A stretch of 55,291 nt of DNA from Octopus bimaculoides (lineage: Eukaryota), in assembly GCF_001194135.2 (NCBI RefSeq), contig NC_068996.1:51571290-51626580 (forward strand), written 5' to 3'. The notes under the pieces were generated by a model that had not been told where the DNA came from, ran no database searches, and saw nothing but the letters and a program-made list of their open reading frames with translations. The position numbers were made by a program, and so were the translations under genes. The number at the start of each line of letters is the position of its first letter. Position 1 is the first letter of the stretch. Below are positions 23,567 through 36,126 of the stretch, in pieces.

Positions 23567-24079
23567 TATATATGTGTGTGTGTGTGTGTGTGTATATATA
23601 TAGATATACATATATATATATATATATATATGTATATACATATATACATATATATACACATATATACGTATGTGTGTGTGTATATATACATATATATATA
23701 CATATATACATACACACATACGTATATATGTATGTATGTGTGCTTGTCTTTGAGTCTATGTCATGTTCCTCCACCACCCCTTGACAATTGGTGTTGGTGC
23801 ATTTATGCTTCCATGACTTAGTGGTTCAGCATAAGTGATCAATAGAATAAGTACCAGGCTTAAAAGAATAAAAAGAAATGCTGGGGTTAATTCATTCAAC
23901 TAAAAGCAGTGCCCCAGCATGGCCACAGGTAATTGCTGAAACAAGTAAAACATAAAAGACCTTTGTCGTATGGGCCCAGGTCAGCTATGATAAAGTGGGC
24001 CCATAGCAGGCGAGTAATCGGCTGAATGACAAAGTGTTTCTATTGTTCTAGGTATCTTCCTCTCCAGAGAGAGACCACA

Positions 24080-24575
24080 GTCATCATCATCATCATCATC
24101 ATCATCGTCGTTGTTTAACATCCGCTTTCCATGCTAGCATGGGTTAGACGATTTGACTGAGGACTGGTGAAACTGGATGGCTGCACCAGGCTCCAATCTT
24201 ATTTGGCAGAGTTTCTACAGCTGGATGCCCTTCCTAACGCCAACCACTCCGAGAGTGTAGTGGGTGTTTTTTACATGCCAGCTGCATAGGAGCCAGTCCA
24301 GTGGCACTGGCAACGATCTCGCTCGAAAGTCTTTATACGTGCCACCTGCACAAGTGTCAGGAAGGCAACGCTGGGCACAGGTGCCATCACGATTTCGCTT
24401 TCGCTTGCCCCAACAGGTCTTCGCAAGCCGAGTTTCATGTCCAATGAAGGAGACGATGTTGGCATGGTGCCAGTCATCGAATTTAGTTCGATTTCGATTT
24501 CACTTGCCTCAACAGGTCTTCACAAGTGGAGTTTAGTGTTCAATGAAGGAAGGTACGCATAAGTGGGCTGGCTAA
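24080..24575 (-). mobile_element. Longer RTE-type 3' UTR plus tail
   Basis: (CAT)n tail, ~65-bp subrepeats and a duplicated ~95-bp GAAGACCTGTTG(A/G)GGCAAG block. Confidence 0.85.
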
Positions 24576-24589
24576 TCATTGAAATTCTA

Positions 24590-24835
24590 CAAAGCTCACT
24601 TGAACTCCACAATGAAGCATCGCTCTCACATTTGGGACTGTGTTTCTGTCGCACACACAGATATTTTTAGACTGCATTGAGAAAAGGACCAACTGACTGG
24701 TTAATATGTCACTCACAGACAGACATGTTCCATTCTCTGACCACAGGCACAGTTTCCTCTCTCTCTCTCTCTGCTTTTAGCTCTCTGTTGCTACAATGAC
24801 CTCTGCTCCTCGAAGCTGGATGACTAAAGCCCCTA
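24590..24835 (+). mobile_element. CR1/L2-group LINE 3' fragment
   Basis: Degenerate xSHIWD...AHTDI.D.IEKR and YNDLCSSKL motifs. Confidence 0.6.
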
Positions 24836-25531
24836 ACATATATATCTTATCAATATATATTTGCATTAAAGTACAATTTTGTGGAGCAAATAAAGTTATT
24901 TATGCAGCTACTACCTTTTTTTTTTTAGCTGTATTCAATTATATTGATTTGGCCAAAGTAAAACAGGATAGTGTTTTTTTAGGACAAAGTTATAGATGTT
25001 TCTGTTTGTTTGTAGATTATTGTAAATGTATTGGCAGAAGGTGTGTAGCCTAGTGGTTAGAGTTATGTACTCACAATTACCAGATTGTAGGTTCAATTTC
25101 CAGACCAAAAAACATGTTGTGTTTTTGAGCAAAACACTTCATTTCACATTGTTTTACTGCTGTGTGGGGTTACGGTTAGGGTTAGACCCAGCATTTCCTA
25201 TATATAACATAAAAAGTAACTAAAAGAAGTTGAGGTAGGATTTGCACTCTGACCTCATAAAACCCTCACCAACAACAACAACAACGCAAACAGACCCATG
25301 AGTTGGAAGGTTGTCACCTGAGTGATGCAAAGGTATCATCCACCAAGAGAAGGGTAACACCAACAAATGGTGAATGCTGCGACATGCTATTACATCACAT
25401 GCCCCCATACTATGACTACTACTGCCACTACAATTGGCAGAAACTGTGAATATTGGATTTAGTTGCAGCAATAATTTTTTATTAAAAATTTTTATTAAGT
25501 AACTGTTTTACCTGTTTAGAATATTAGACAC

Positions 25532-25772
25532 TAATTTTATTTCTTTACTGCCCACAGGGGGCTAAACATAGACGGGACAAACAAGGACAGACAAAGAGAT
25601 CAAGTCGATTACATCAACCCCAGTGCAAAACTGGTACTTATTTAATTGACCCTGAGAGGATGAAAGGCAAAGTCAACCTCAGTGGAATTTGAACTCAGAA
25701 CGTAACAGGAGATGAAATACCACTAAGCATTTCATCTGGCGTGCTAACAATTCTGCCAGCTCACCGCCTTAA
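25532..25772 (-). mobile_element. Family-A SINE with a third tail type
   Basis: Head and core as family A; tail TGTTTAGCCCC.TGTGGGCAGTAAAGAAATAA. Confidence 0.85.
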
Positions 25773-26825
25773 GAGTATACATTAGTACTAATAGAAGTTT
25801 TTTTTTAATTTTAGAAGTTGGTAAATTTAATATCAGTGTCATACTTCTCTTGAAACTCTTTCATCCTGGAAAGTATCCAAAAAAGCTAATCCTGAAAAAT
25901 TCACATTTGCTACAGTTTAGTATAAGATGGGTTTTTTTTTGTTTTTTTTTTTGGTATGCTAAAAACTGTTGCACATTATCCACATATTTCGAGCAACACA
26001 GCTGGGTACATAAAAGATGAAATGGAATTTCTCGTAATCTGACTGAGAATCATGACTTAAAATGTGATAAGATGTAAAGGCATATTTGCAGTAAGTTCAG
26101 CCATGAAATGTAATCCATAACCTGCTCAAACACTTCACTAAAGGTAGTTAATATTTCCTATAACCCAGGTGATCAGATTTGTATTGAAGATTGATGAGCA
26201 AGATATCTATCAGATAGCTGATAGTATATGGAAAGGGTAAAATTTCAGAGGGTCGTTAGTTAGAAAGAGTTCTTTCTCATCATGGGAGAAACAAACATCT
26301 TGTGAATGGAATGAACCATTATTGTTGAATAAAAAATGTACCATGTTCTGCAGGTAAAAAAAAAAACGTAGGAGATATGGAAACAAATGATGAACTTTCA
26401 TACAAGAGATGATATGCAGTATAATACACCTGTCCAAACATTACAGAAACATCCACACCATTTTTTCTTCTTTTTCTTCTTTTTCTTCTTCTTCTTCTTT
26501 TTCTTCTTCTTCTTGCAGCAAGCTGACTGAGAAATACCTGATCACTTAACAATTGTGGGTCCACCACCTGTCGCAAGGTTCTCAGAATGTTAGCCATTCA
26601 CTTTTACACTTTCTATTCCAGTAAACAAAGGAAGCGTTCAATAATATGTGTTATTTCCCAACTTTACAGAATATAGTAATCTGTTCCAATCTAAAAATCT
26701 GGCAGAAACTTCATCTGCAAATCAAACTGGAAAATCTGAATTAAGTTGAATATAATCAATAATTTTTTTTTTTAATTCTGTGTACAGATTGTATTTTATG
26801 GATCATATACGGCTTACTTCTGACT

Positions 26826-27125
26826 TGATGATGATGATGATGATGATGATGATCATGCTCTTGTTCAACGGGGCTGGGGGTCAACCCAAATTAGTAGTCC
26901 CAGAGTCACTATCATGCATAGAACAAACCAGGTCCTCCAATGCACCCCATTGCTGGCAGTCCCATACCATCCCCTCTGCATGCCTCTGGAGATCTTTATT
27001 ATTATCACATCCGGTCATCTGGTACAGGGCCTGCCATGGGACCTCTGCCAGTCCTTCCAAAAACTCAATAGCAGAGCTGAGAGTTGCGTGCAGGTGAAAG
27101 AAAAGGACACAGAGTGGTGCCTCAT
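26826..27125 (-). mobile_element. RTE-like LINE 3' end with (CAT)n tail
   Basis: Frameshifted GRPCTRxPDV..KDLQRHAEGM.WD.QQW.AL then tail. Confidence 0.6.
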
Positions 27126-28362
27126 CAGATTTTGATTTTGTGGTAACTAACTGAGTATCAATCAGTAAAAGGATTCAGTCTTGTGAAAAATATGAATATG
27201 GTACTAATTTGTTTCAAAAATCATTATATATGTAGTCCTATTATAATTTAGCAGCATCGTTAACACCAATATTACTAAAAACATAAATAAAATTTAATTT
27301 CCAGTTTAACAATTTACTGATTTTAAAGTTTTAAAATCTCAAGAATAACAGCAAATAGAAAATTTAAGGTGGTCTGAGGTAAGTTTCACATACATAAATT
27401 TACACATGTGTTTGAATTTCAGATTGTGACAGAATTATTGAATAACTGTGAATTCATAATGTTAAAAATATATGACTGCTAAAAATACTATTAAAATACA
27501 ATAAATTTTTGCTTGAATATTGATTGGTAGTAAGGTTTACCATACCACCAATTACACCATCAATCAATAAATCATATTTAAATGTATAAATGTTATATTC
27601 AATACAACTAAAATGACCTCACAAATAGCCACTTCATGGCTTAAAATTTCAAAGCTTTTCTAAATATATACAACAGGGACAAACTGGAAGTAACTCGGTT
27701 AATTCATCCAAAGCCTAATCTTTGTGTCTTTTCAAACAATATTCACAGCTTATACTATAAGTATTAGCTCATCTTGGTTTTATATTTAAGCTTCCCACTC
27801 TAAGTTGTCTTACTATGAGGAATTGTAATGGAAAAGAATTAGATTTCTGGTATTTTTGAATATGAATTTTTGAGTTCTTTGAAAGAGCTATAACATATCA
27901 TATTTAATGCCTAGTATTCTATATATTTAATGTGTTACATGCTAGTGATAGAAAAAAATGACTTAACAAATGGTGTAGCAAACTCAATATCAGTGAATTA
28001 TAATGACACGTATTAGATGATGTCTTTAAGTAATAGGGCAGATGGTTACTGGATAATGATAATTAATATTATTTACATGTGTTGAGAGTAGATGGCAGCT
28101 AGAGAAGAGAAAAATCATGGAGGAATGAATATGTGATGAGGAATATGGTAGCAAAAGAACGCTAATCCTATTGTGTTTTATAGATTGTTCTTGCATCATA
28201 AAAACCATAAGTTAAAAAAACATTTCATAAATATATGATCTTTTGATAAGAAATCAAAAAATATATATATATTTATCAACAGAAACGGTCAGAAATGGAC
28301 AGAAAGGTCACAACCAAAAATAGCAAAAAAAACAAAGTCACAAAGAGAAAAATGTAACCTAC

Positions 28363-28512
28363 ATGTTGATAATCCAGCACCAGCCATTGTTATGATATTT
28401 TTACATTTATCACTCTTAATATATTGAGCTACACCTTCAATAGATGGCTCACTCAAGACTTGTTCAGTAGTACTGAGGCTCAAGTTTTCAAACAGGTTAC
28501 GAAGCCAAAAGC
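28363..28512 (-). CDS. SIRT2: SIRT2 exon 4 (FWLRNLFENLSL...IITMAGAGLST)
   Basis: cctttacag|...|gtaggt; 150 nt. LRNLF..LSL resembles the SIRT2 nuclear-export segment; carries the GAGxST NAD-binding loop. Confidence 0.95.
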
Positions 28513-28799
28513 CTGTAAAGGAAGTTGAAATTATTTGAAATTAAGAATGTAGCAACTAAACAAGAAATGGTAGTGTTAGCAAATATTTAGTCCAAGAGTT
28601 TGAAGTTCAAATATCATTCCTTAAATTAAATTACTATTCTCAATACTTGAAAGATAAACTTGAATATTTAGAATCAAATAATTCTGGTAACTTCAAAGTA
28701 CTACAAGGCTCCATTTCTCAATACAGAATTGTCATAAATCACATCATGAACCTTTTAACATGGTTTTTCTCAGCTTACTTGGTTTTGATAGATACAATA

Positions 28800-29240
28800 C
28801 AAGTCGCCGGGTGACTATTCAGAATTATTTCCTCATTAAAAACCCAAAATAGAATTCTCTAATGAGATTCATAAAGGAATACTGCTCCCAGATCTTAGAA
28901 GGTACTGCTCCTTACACAGCCTTTATCGCATCCATAAAAGATCACCTAACAAATTGGCACAATGTTACCAACACTTTCCAGCCTCTGGCTCAAAAATGTG
29001 CTATCTCCTAACTGCTACAAAGTGGTCTTTGCTTCTCAAATATGGTTGATCTTGTACCACCTTCATTCAAGCCCACTGATGCACTCACCTTCCCTCTTTT
29101 CATCGTCCATCAATCTGCCCAGACCCTTCTTCCCCAAACAATTATTCCTATGAAATTCCCTATTTTCTCATGTTTTTCCTATAGCCATCAACTTGGAATT
29201 GTTCAAGAACATCAATTCCTTTGATCTCACTAGTCTCTAA
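28800..29240 (+). mobile_element. CR1/L2-group LINE 3' fragment
   Basis: EYCSQI..G, FQPLAQ, GLC.S..DLVPP, INLPRP, FPIAINLELFKN motifs across frameshifts. Confidence 0.7.
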
Positions 29241-30276
29241 GAGCCTACACAGGCCATAGAAACAATCCCTTCCTCAGACCAATCAAATTTCACCTTGCTA
29301 ATTGCTCTCAATACTTCTGTAGTGAATTGATTCCAAGATTCTTAGCTAGAATTCAAAACCCAGCCTAGATTTTTCTCTGAGTTCCTCCTTATTATTCTCA
29401 GCATTAGCACTAACTAACTTATGAGAGCCAACTGTTAACCTTTGACCATTTTGAGTCAGACTCAGTTCAAAGTAGATAACAGACGAAAAACCCTGTGTTT
29501 AGCCTGACCTAATTTAAGCAAGAAAATATTATAAATACAGGACACAAGCTGAATTCTACCTCTTTCACCTCGTCCCTGGCCAAAAGTAGCACTTCACATA
29601 TGGCTTATCACCAAAGGACTATACAACTTTCACCCTCTCAACTCAGAGAGATAAATTCTATTATTCTTTCTCTTTCTTTCTTCCATCTGTCTCCTAGCTG
29701 TCACTCACACATGAACTCAAAAACCCACAAAATGGATAACAGAACTGCATTTATCTGTCAATTCACAAAACTTTCATATTGACATTATTATAGCCAAGAC
29801 ATGCCTGCATAAGTGCAGTTACTTCTGGACAATGGTTTTTTCAGCCTAGTTCTCTAAATTTGATTAGTCTCAGCATGACTCTTAAGTTATCATCTGCATT
29901 CTAATAAATTATACTCAATGATTCTTCTGTAATTATTGTAGACTACTTTCATTGCCCATGCTCTCATTTTTCTACTGGATCTGTTGAAATCCCATTTCAA
30001 CAGAATTAATAGAAAAAAATATGAAAAATTTTAAAACAAAAGATTTCAAATTGAAGTGATTTCAGTAAACACAGCTACAACTATCTTAGAAATTGAGATA
30101 TTTTGCCCAATATCACCCCAATTATTTGTTTACATTATAGTTTTGAGGATTTTTATAAGTGAAAAATAATAGTCTTCAAAAACTTAAAGAAAAATAATGC
30201 GTTTATAGACAGTACCACAACCATTAAAAGTTATCTAAAGCATAATAATTGCTGGTTGAAAACTATGTTTACTTAC

Positions 30277-30304
30277 TTGTACTGCCAGGATGTGGCCCAT
30301 CAAC
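30277..30304 (-). CDS. SIRT2: SIRT2 exon 3 (VDGPHPGST)
   Basis: tgtattgtag|GTT GAT...AGT ACA A|gtaagt; 28 nt, phase 0 to 1, joins exon 4 in frame. Confidence 0.75.
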
Positions 30305-31612
30305 CTACAATACACAATAAATTTCTTTTGAATCAAAATTTTGTTCAAAAATATGTTCTGAAACATAAATTTGAAATTAAGATATCACCTAAGCATGACA
30401 TGGTTTATGCTCTTATTTGAATGGAAATTATAAGAACTAAAATAATCTGCAAGCCTTTCTTGAGTTAAATTCAATAGAAACATTATTACACTAACAGCTA
30501 GAAAAGTAGTTCAGTAGAAATATACCCTGTATATTCATGAAATGCAAAGCACACTTCAACTATGCAACAGAATAATAAATAAATGTTAAAATAACACAAA
30601 GGGGTTCTCTCCATTTAGTTTAATTCTGAAAACTGAAATTGCAGAAGGTGGGTTCTTTTTCTTGCTATTTGGTCACCTTACAGGACGCAAATCAAAACTT
30701 GTTAAGAGCAGATGAACTCTGGAGAGTCAACGGCTATCCAAATAGTATTTCTTTATTAGTATTGCTGCTGATAAAGTCATTAGTGACTCAAAATAATAGT
30801 AATAATAAGAATGAGTGCACTGAGAACAAAAGTGCTCTGAGATCACCTTTATGGGGATAAATCTACCACAAAGAAGGAGGGTCTCTTTAACTTTGGCAGG
30901 CAGCCTCCTGGTATGGTGCATCAATAAAAGCACTGATGGTCATGACATCTCAACAACACAGTGTTTTTTTATGAGTGCTATACTAAATAAGAATTATTAT
31001 CACGACTGTGTTCATGAGACTGGATGCCAAGTAATGGTTGCCTGCACAGTAAGTGTCCTACTTTGCAGCAGAGTGGGACTGCTCGTTGCCCAGCTGCAGC
31101 TCCAAAGATTAGTAGAAGATAAACTCAAAACAACAAAATGAGGACAAATATCCATCAAATGTAAATAATGTAAATAATGTACATAATTCCTCATTTCTTA
31201 AATATAGAACTGCAGAGAAAGATAAGTACCCTATTACAGAATAGAGATTTCTATACCAGAAAAATCTAAGAGAAAAGACAGTGGCTATCCCAAGAGGAAC
31301 TGAGGGAGATTTCCACAATAGTGAAAGAGTATAAATATGATTACATAGAGAATGAAGACAATGTTGGCAGCTTGTCTCACTGAGATGTCAGGTGATGCTC
31401 GTGAGGGTGCTTGGTTTTCCCAATGCTTTAAGCCTTGCCACCGCCCATGGTTAATACTGCAAGTTTGCTGGTTTGCTTCAGTCAGTTCTGTCAAACATTG
31501 TGGTGGGTAGTCAGTTGCTGTGATAAAAAAAATTCCCCACAAATTGTTTCAATACAGTTTTAGCAGAAAGATTTGGAAGAATTAGATGAAAGTTCTCCAG
31601 TAATTTTCTTTC

Positions 31613-31870
31613 ATTATCATCATTTAACATCTGCTTTCCATGCTAGCATGGGTTGGACGATTTGACTGAGGACTGGTGAAGCAGATGGCTACACCAGACT
31701 GCAATCTGATCTGGCAGAGTTTCTACAGCTGGATGCCCTTCCTAACGCCAACCACTCTGAGAATATAGGGGGTTCTTTTTACGTGCCACCAGCACAAGGG
31801 CCAGTCCGGCGGTACTGGCAACAGCCACACTCAAATGGTGTTTTTTATGTGCTACCTGCACAGGAGTCAG
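31613..31870 (-). mobile_element. RTE-type 3' tail element
   Basis: Same tail as 19460-19755. Confidence 0.85.
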
Positions 31871-31879
31871 CCTTCATGT

Positions 31880-32790
31880 GAATAAATGTTTCTGTTAATT
31901 CTAAACAATTTACGCAAAATTTCATAAATACAACAAGAACAAAGAATGGAAGAGGAGCCAATAAATCCTTAGGAAATAAATGACAGCCCAGATGAAGACA
32001 TTTTTTTTTTCTCAAAGAAGGAAAGAATATTACTTTGAAGGAAAGGAACTTACTGCAACATCTACATGAGACATGATCAAATGAAAGAAAGACTAGCAAC
32101 CTTGAGAGGAATCAAAAGAGGAAAACTACATAATGTCTTGAAGAAGATGGACAAGCTGTTAATGAAAGTCTAAGCTGAAAATATAACAGACCTAAATGAC
32201 CTCCTATACTGCACAGCATCGGTTGCTGTGGAAATTCTTGGGATTAATAGCGAAAGAAAAAAAAGGACAAAACCCCATAATGGAACAAAGACAAGGAAAC
32301 CAAATTGAATGGTGAGAAAAAATTTTGGAAGGATAAATGCAATAACAGAACAGAAGATGGTGAAGGAACACGGGAATGAACTACAAAGAACATCAGACAC
32401 AAAAGATTATCGGAAGTTAAAGAAGAGATAAGGCAAAGGATCAAAGCAGTGTCAGATAAAGAAGAAGAAGAAGAAAAACACAGGTACCAATGCAAAGAAA
32501 CCAGTATCAGCAGAAGAGGCTCTTTAGGAACAACAGCAAAATATTTTACCAACAGCTGAACAATGAAGAGGAACAACAAGGGAATGGTATGCAGGATGCT
32601 GAAGCAGAAAGAAGAAATTTGGAACAAAGAAGTCCAACATAATATTGAAGCAGATTGGCTGTAGCAGTTTAAAAGTGAAATGGAAAGTGGAGCAAAACAA
32701 GAAAAAATAAACACTGCAGATAAGAAAATGAGAGATACTTAAGAAAATAGCAAATTGAAAAGCACGCAGAGCAGATCCAAAGTGTTGGGC
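31880..32790 (+). mobile_element. R4/Dong-clade LINE, pre-RT ORF fragment
   Basis: Frameshifted LRGIK.GKL, ENITDLNDLLY, EEIRQRIKAVS, NQYQQ.RLFRNN..IFYQQLN, EADWL.QFK, ILKKI.NWK; family call from recollection. Confidence 0.7.
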
Positions 32791-33706
32791 ATGTTTTGTG
32801 ATGGAGGTCACTACTTGAGATCAGTTTGAATCCAGCATTAAATCATTTGCACTTTGTGGCCAGTGAATAGTTTTCCAATCAATCTTTGGATAAATGAAAT
32901 CACCATTACGGTATCATTAAGGTTATTTCTGGAAGAATTGTTGTGAAAGCAAAGTCAAAATGAGATAGAAAATCTCAATTTGTTGCTCTATATAACTTTG
33001 TGCCCCATAAACAAATACAAAAAAAATAAGAAAGATATTTAATCAATGAAACCAAGAGGAAGGCACATTTAATTAAGTCAACGGCCATTTTTCTCTCAAA
33101 GTTCAGAAAGATGAATGACAAAGTAAAACCCAGCAGGATCTGAACTCAGACCATAAACAAAACATAATATAAATTCCATAATGTATTTATTAAGTACTGT
33201 TCCAATTCTAACATTTACTACCCTTCTAATAATAATAAGTGGGATATCAATAATTTAAGACAAGTGATATCCTGATGAAATCTGCAATTACGAGAAGTGA
33301 AGAGTCTGAAATTCTTAATTAGCCAAAGTCCTTGATGCCAGCCACATTTTTTATTACCAACAGAAATCAATCTCTTTTTATTTATAAAATCTGATTTGAA
33401 TTAATGAAGACAATAGTTATTATTGAAGGAAAATGAATTCTTCATAAAGCAGAATTGCTAATAATAATAATAATACCATAAAAAAGTGTCCTTTGAAAAT
33501 ATGTTTGATCATAAGATCCTTATAAACAATTACCAACAAACAGTATCATTCATAAATGTATTCAAGGAAAAATTTTATAAAGACATAGCAACATCAACAT
33601 TAAAGCAGTATATGAGTTAATTTACAAGCTGCTGGTGTTAATAACAAAAAACTATGGACCCACCTTTGAGAGGACTATTGAATACCTTTTCAACTTCAAA
33701 GCAATT

Positions 33707-33930
33707 CTTTCTACTACAGGCACAAGGCCTGAAATTTTGTAGGTGGTGTTGTGGCAAGTCAATTACATTGACCCTAGTACTCTACTGGTACTTTTTTTTT
33801 TTTTATCTATCTCAAAAGGATGAAAGGTGAAGTTTACCTTGGCGGTATTTGAACTCATAATGTAAGAGCCAGAAGAAATGTTGCTAGGTATTTTGTTTGA
33901 TGTGCTGCTAATGATTCTGCCAGCTCACCA
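33707..33930 (-). mobile_element. Family-A SINE
   Basis: Head, core and tail as 9203-9432. Confidence 0.8.
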
Positions 33931-34440
33931 AAACATGAATAAATGGAAAACAGATAAAAGGGGAAAAGCTATCAATACCGATAAATACTTGCAAAGAAAA
34001 CTTCACATCAAAGGAAATAATGAAATCATGCTCAAACAAAGAGAAGATTAAATCACCAGTTTAAAAAAATTATTCACTAATCTTTGTAATTTTGATTCTG
34101 GTAAAATTGTTATAGTTACTGACAGGTCTTTACACATACACACAAAAAAAAAACTGAATTTTAGATTACTTGTTTGTTGGGGGTTTTTTTCCATATTTAT
34201 AGTACAGGCAATGTTTAGCTATTTTGATCAATTTGACCTAAAGATCAAAACAAATTACTATGGCTGAATTTGTTTCCTAACATTATTTTCTTCCTTACAT
34301 TAAGGACGACATAAGTCCTATTTACTGGAGAATTAACAGCAAAGATTTTAATGTAAATGGTATAAGACATAAGTACCAATTCAAGACATAAGTACCAATT
34401 CAAGACAGAAGCACATAACAGTTCCAGTCCCTTAATGGTT

Positions 34441-34475
<35 letters not shown>

Positions 34476-34956
34476 TTAACAGGTGACAGTTTTACAATAG
34501 AGCAACTGCCATTCTTTGCTATCAAATCAAATGCTACAAAATGTTTCTTTTTCAAAGAATCAAAAATGTACTTTATAGTATTTAATATGAAAAGTAAGAA
34601 TGGCAAACAACATATATGAGGTCTGAATCCTATCAGTCTCAAACTGGTGCTTATATCTTTTGAATCTAAAGCAATGTCATTGAACAGTTTAAACAATTGT
34701 GTTATCTTATGAGAAAGCAATTTCCTAACATGTTTAATTTATGTTTTTCCACTTCTCCTTTGTTCTAAACATCTAATATATACATATGTCTTTTTTTTAA
34801 TGACACCGTTTACATTTAGAAATAATTTACCATAAAACATTTTCTTTGAGATCTACTCTAAATAAGGCACTATTCACATCATATCCATCAGCATTTATAA
34901 AAATTCCATTTCATAGTTGGAGCTCAGATTTTTTTTACACAAGACATTGTACTTAC

Positions 34957-35000
34957 ATTTCCCGTGCTCTTTTCGGCATTTGCTTCATCTTTATTATCAC
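34957..35000 (-). CDS. SIRT2: SIRT2 exon 2 (DNKDEANAEKSTGN)
   Basis: tctttttctacaaatag|GT GAT AAT...GGA AAT|gtaagt; 44 nt, phase 1 to 0, joins exon 3 in frame. Confidence 0.75.
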
Positions 35001-35162
35001 CTATTTGTAGAAAAAGAGAAACCTGTTATAATGTGCACAAGACTATTATTTCCAGAGGATAAAAACATTGCTAACAATTAGCAAAATGCCCCATCCCGCC
35101 AAAAAAATTCATGTTTTACAAAACACAGCTATTTTTGAAAATGATTCTTTAACCATGCTTAC

Positions 35163-35186
35163 CTTTTAGCATTTTACTGAAGAAAA
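35163..35186 (-). CDS. SIRT2: SIRT2 candidate 24-nt phase-1 microexon (x-FFSKMLK-G)
   Basis: ttgctttctttgcag|TTTTCTTCAGTAAAATGCTAAAAG|gtaagc: both splice sites are strong, it preserves frame and has no stop. It sits 162 nt upstream of exon 2. Confidence 0.45.
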
Positions 35187-35629
35187 CTGCAAAGAAAGCA
35201 AATCAACCTATTACATTTTTTTTTTTGTATATGTCTGTCTTGGCTACTAGAGTTAAGGTTAGACAGCCGCCATACTGGTGATGACTACTGAGGATTATAT
35301 AAATTTCTTTGTACATTCTTTCCTGATGATATTCTGGCTTATAATAATTAACCAAATTGATTTAATTAAATTACATTTGATTGATTTTATACTATAAATG
35401 ATGAATTGAAATAATTGTAGGTTTTATCAATGTATTAATAAATTTTTATTAATCTGATCTCCATCTTCACTCTTATTCTTTATGATAATAATAATAATAA
35501 CAACAACAACAACAACAACAACAACAATAATAATATATGATGTGTGTGTGCCTATATTATAAGATATTCAACCAGTCTAATCTTGGATATTTCTATCCCA
35601 CTGAGGTTTATATATCCTCACTTGTACTT

Positions 35630-35660
<31 letters not shown>

Positions 35661-35670
35661 NNNNNNNNNN

Positions 35671-35950
35671 CATCCAGTCCAAATTGTAAAATGGTTGGTG
35701 TTTGGAAGGGCATCCAGCTGTAAAAACCTTGCTAAAACCGACTTTGCCTGTGGTTGTGCCACGTAAAAAGCACTAAGTCCACTTTGCTGAGTGGTTGGTG
35801 TTAGGAAGGGTATCCAGCTGTAAAAACCCTGCCAAAACAGACACAGAAGTATGGTGCAAGCTTCTGCCTGGCCGGCTCCTGTTAAACCATCCCACCCATG
35901 CCAGCATGGAAGGTGGACATTAAGCGATGATGATGAAAATGATGATGATT
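35671..35950 (+). mobile_element. RTE-type tail with an internal tandem duplication
   Basis: GGTTGGTGTT(T/A)GGAAGGG.ATCCAGCTGTAAAAACC occurs twice; (GAT)n end. Confidence 0.75.
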
Positions 35951-36126
35951 TGGAGTGGAATTGGGAAGAAGATGCTCTTTGTTATTTTGAAACTATATGT
36001 GTATTTATATAAATGTGTGTGTGTATATGCATGTGTATGCATGTGTGTGGTGAATTTTTAGAGGCTTGGTTAGAGATAAAAGAAAGACAGAAAGGTAGAA
36101 AATAAGAAAGGCAGGAAGAATGTATA

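Larger units (their letters stand above)
21505..23960 (+). mobile_element. Family-B SINE split by nested insertions (head 21505-21658, tail 23740-23960)
   Basis: The two halves match the 5' and 3' halves of the intact copy 36219-36632. Confidence 0.7.

Noticed and set aside
26319-26597. ORF with an Arg/Lys-rich stretch (protamine- or NLS-like)
   Set aside because: Produced by a (CTT/TTTTTC)n low-complexity tract; no supporting splice structure.
27360-27390. Plus-strand GAG|GTAAGT donor suggesting a nested antisense gene
   Set aside because: Isolated; I found no chain of plus-strand exons or recognisable protein.
30660-31560. More GC-balanced stretches with short ORFs (also 14000-14420 and 29430-29900, which resemble each other)
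   Set aside because: Probably old repeats, but I could not assign a family or protein motif.
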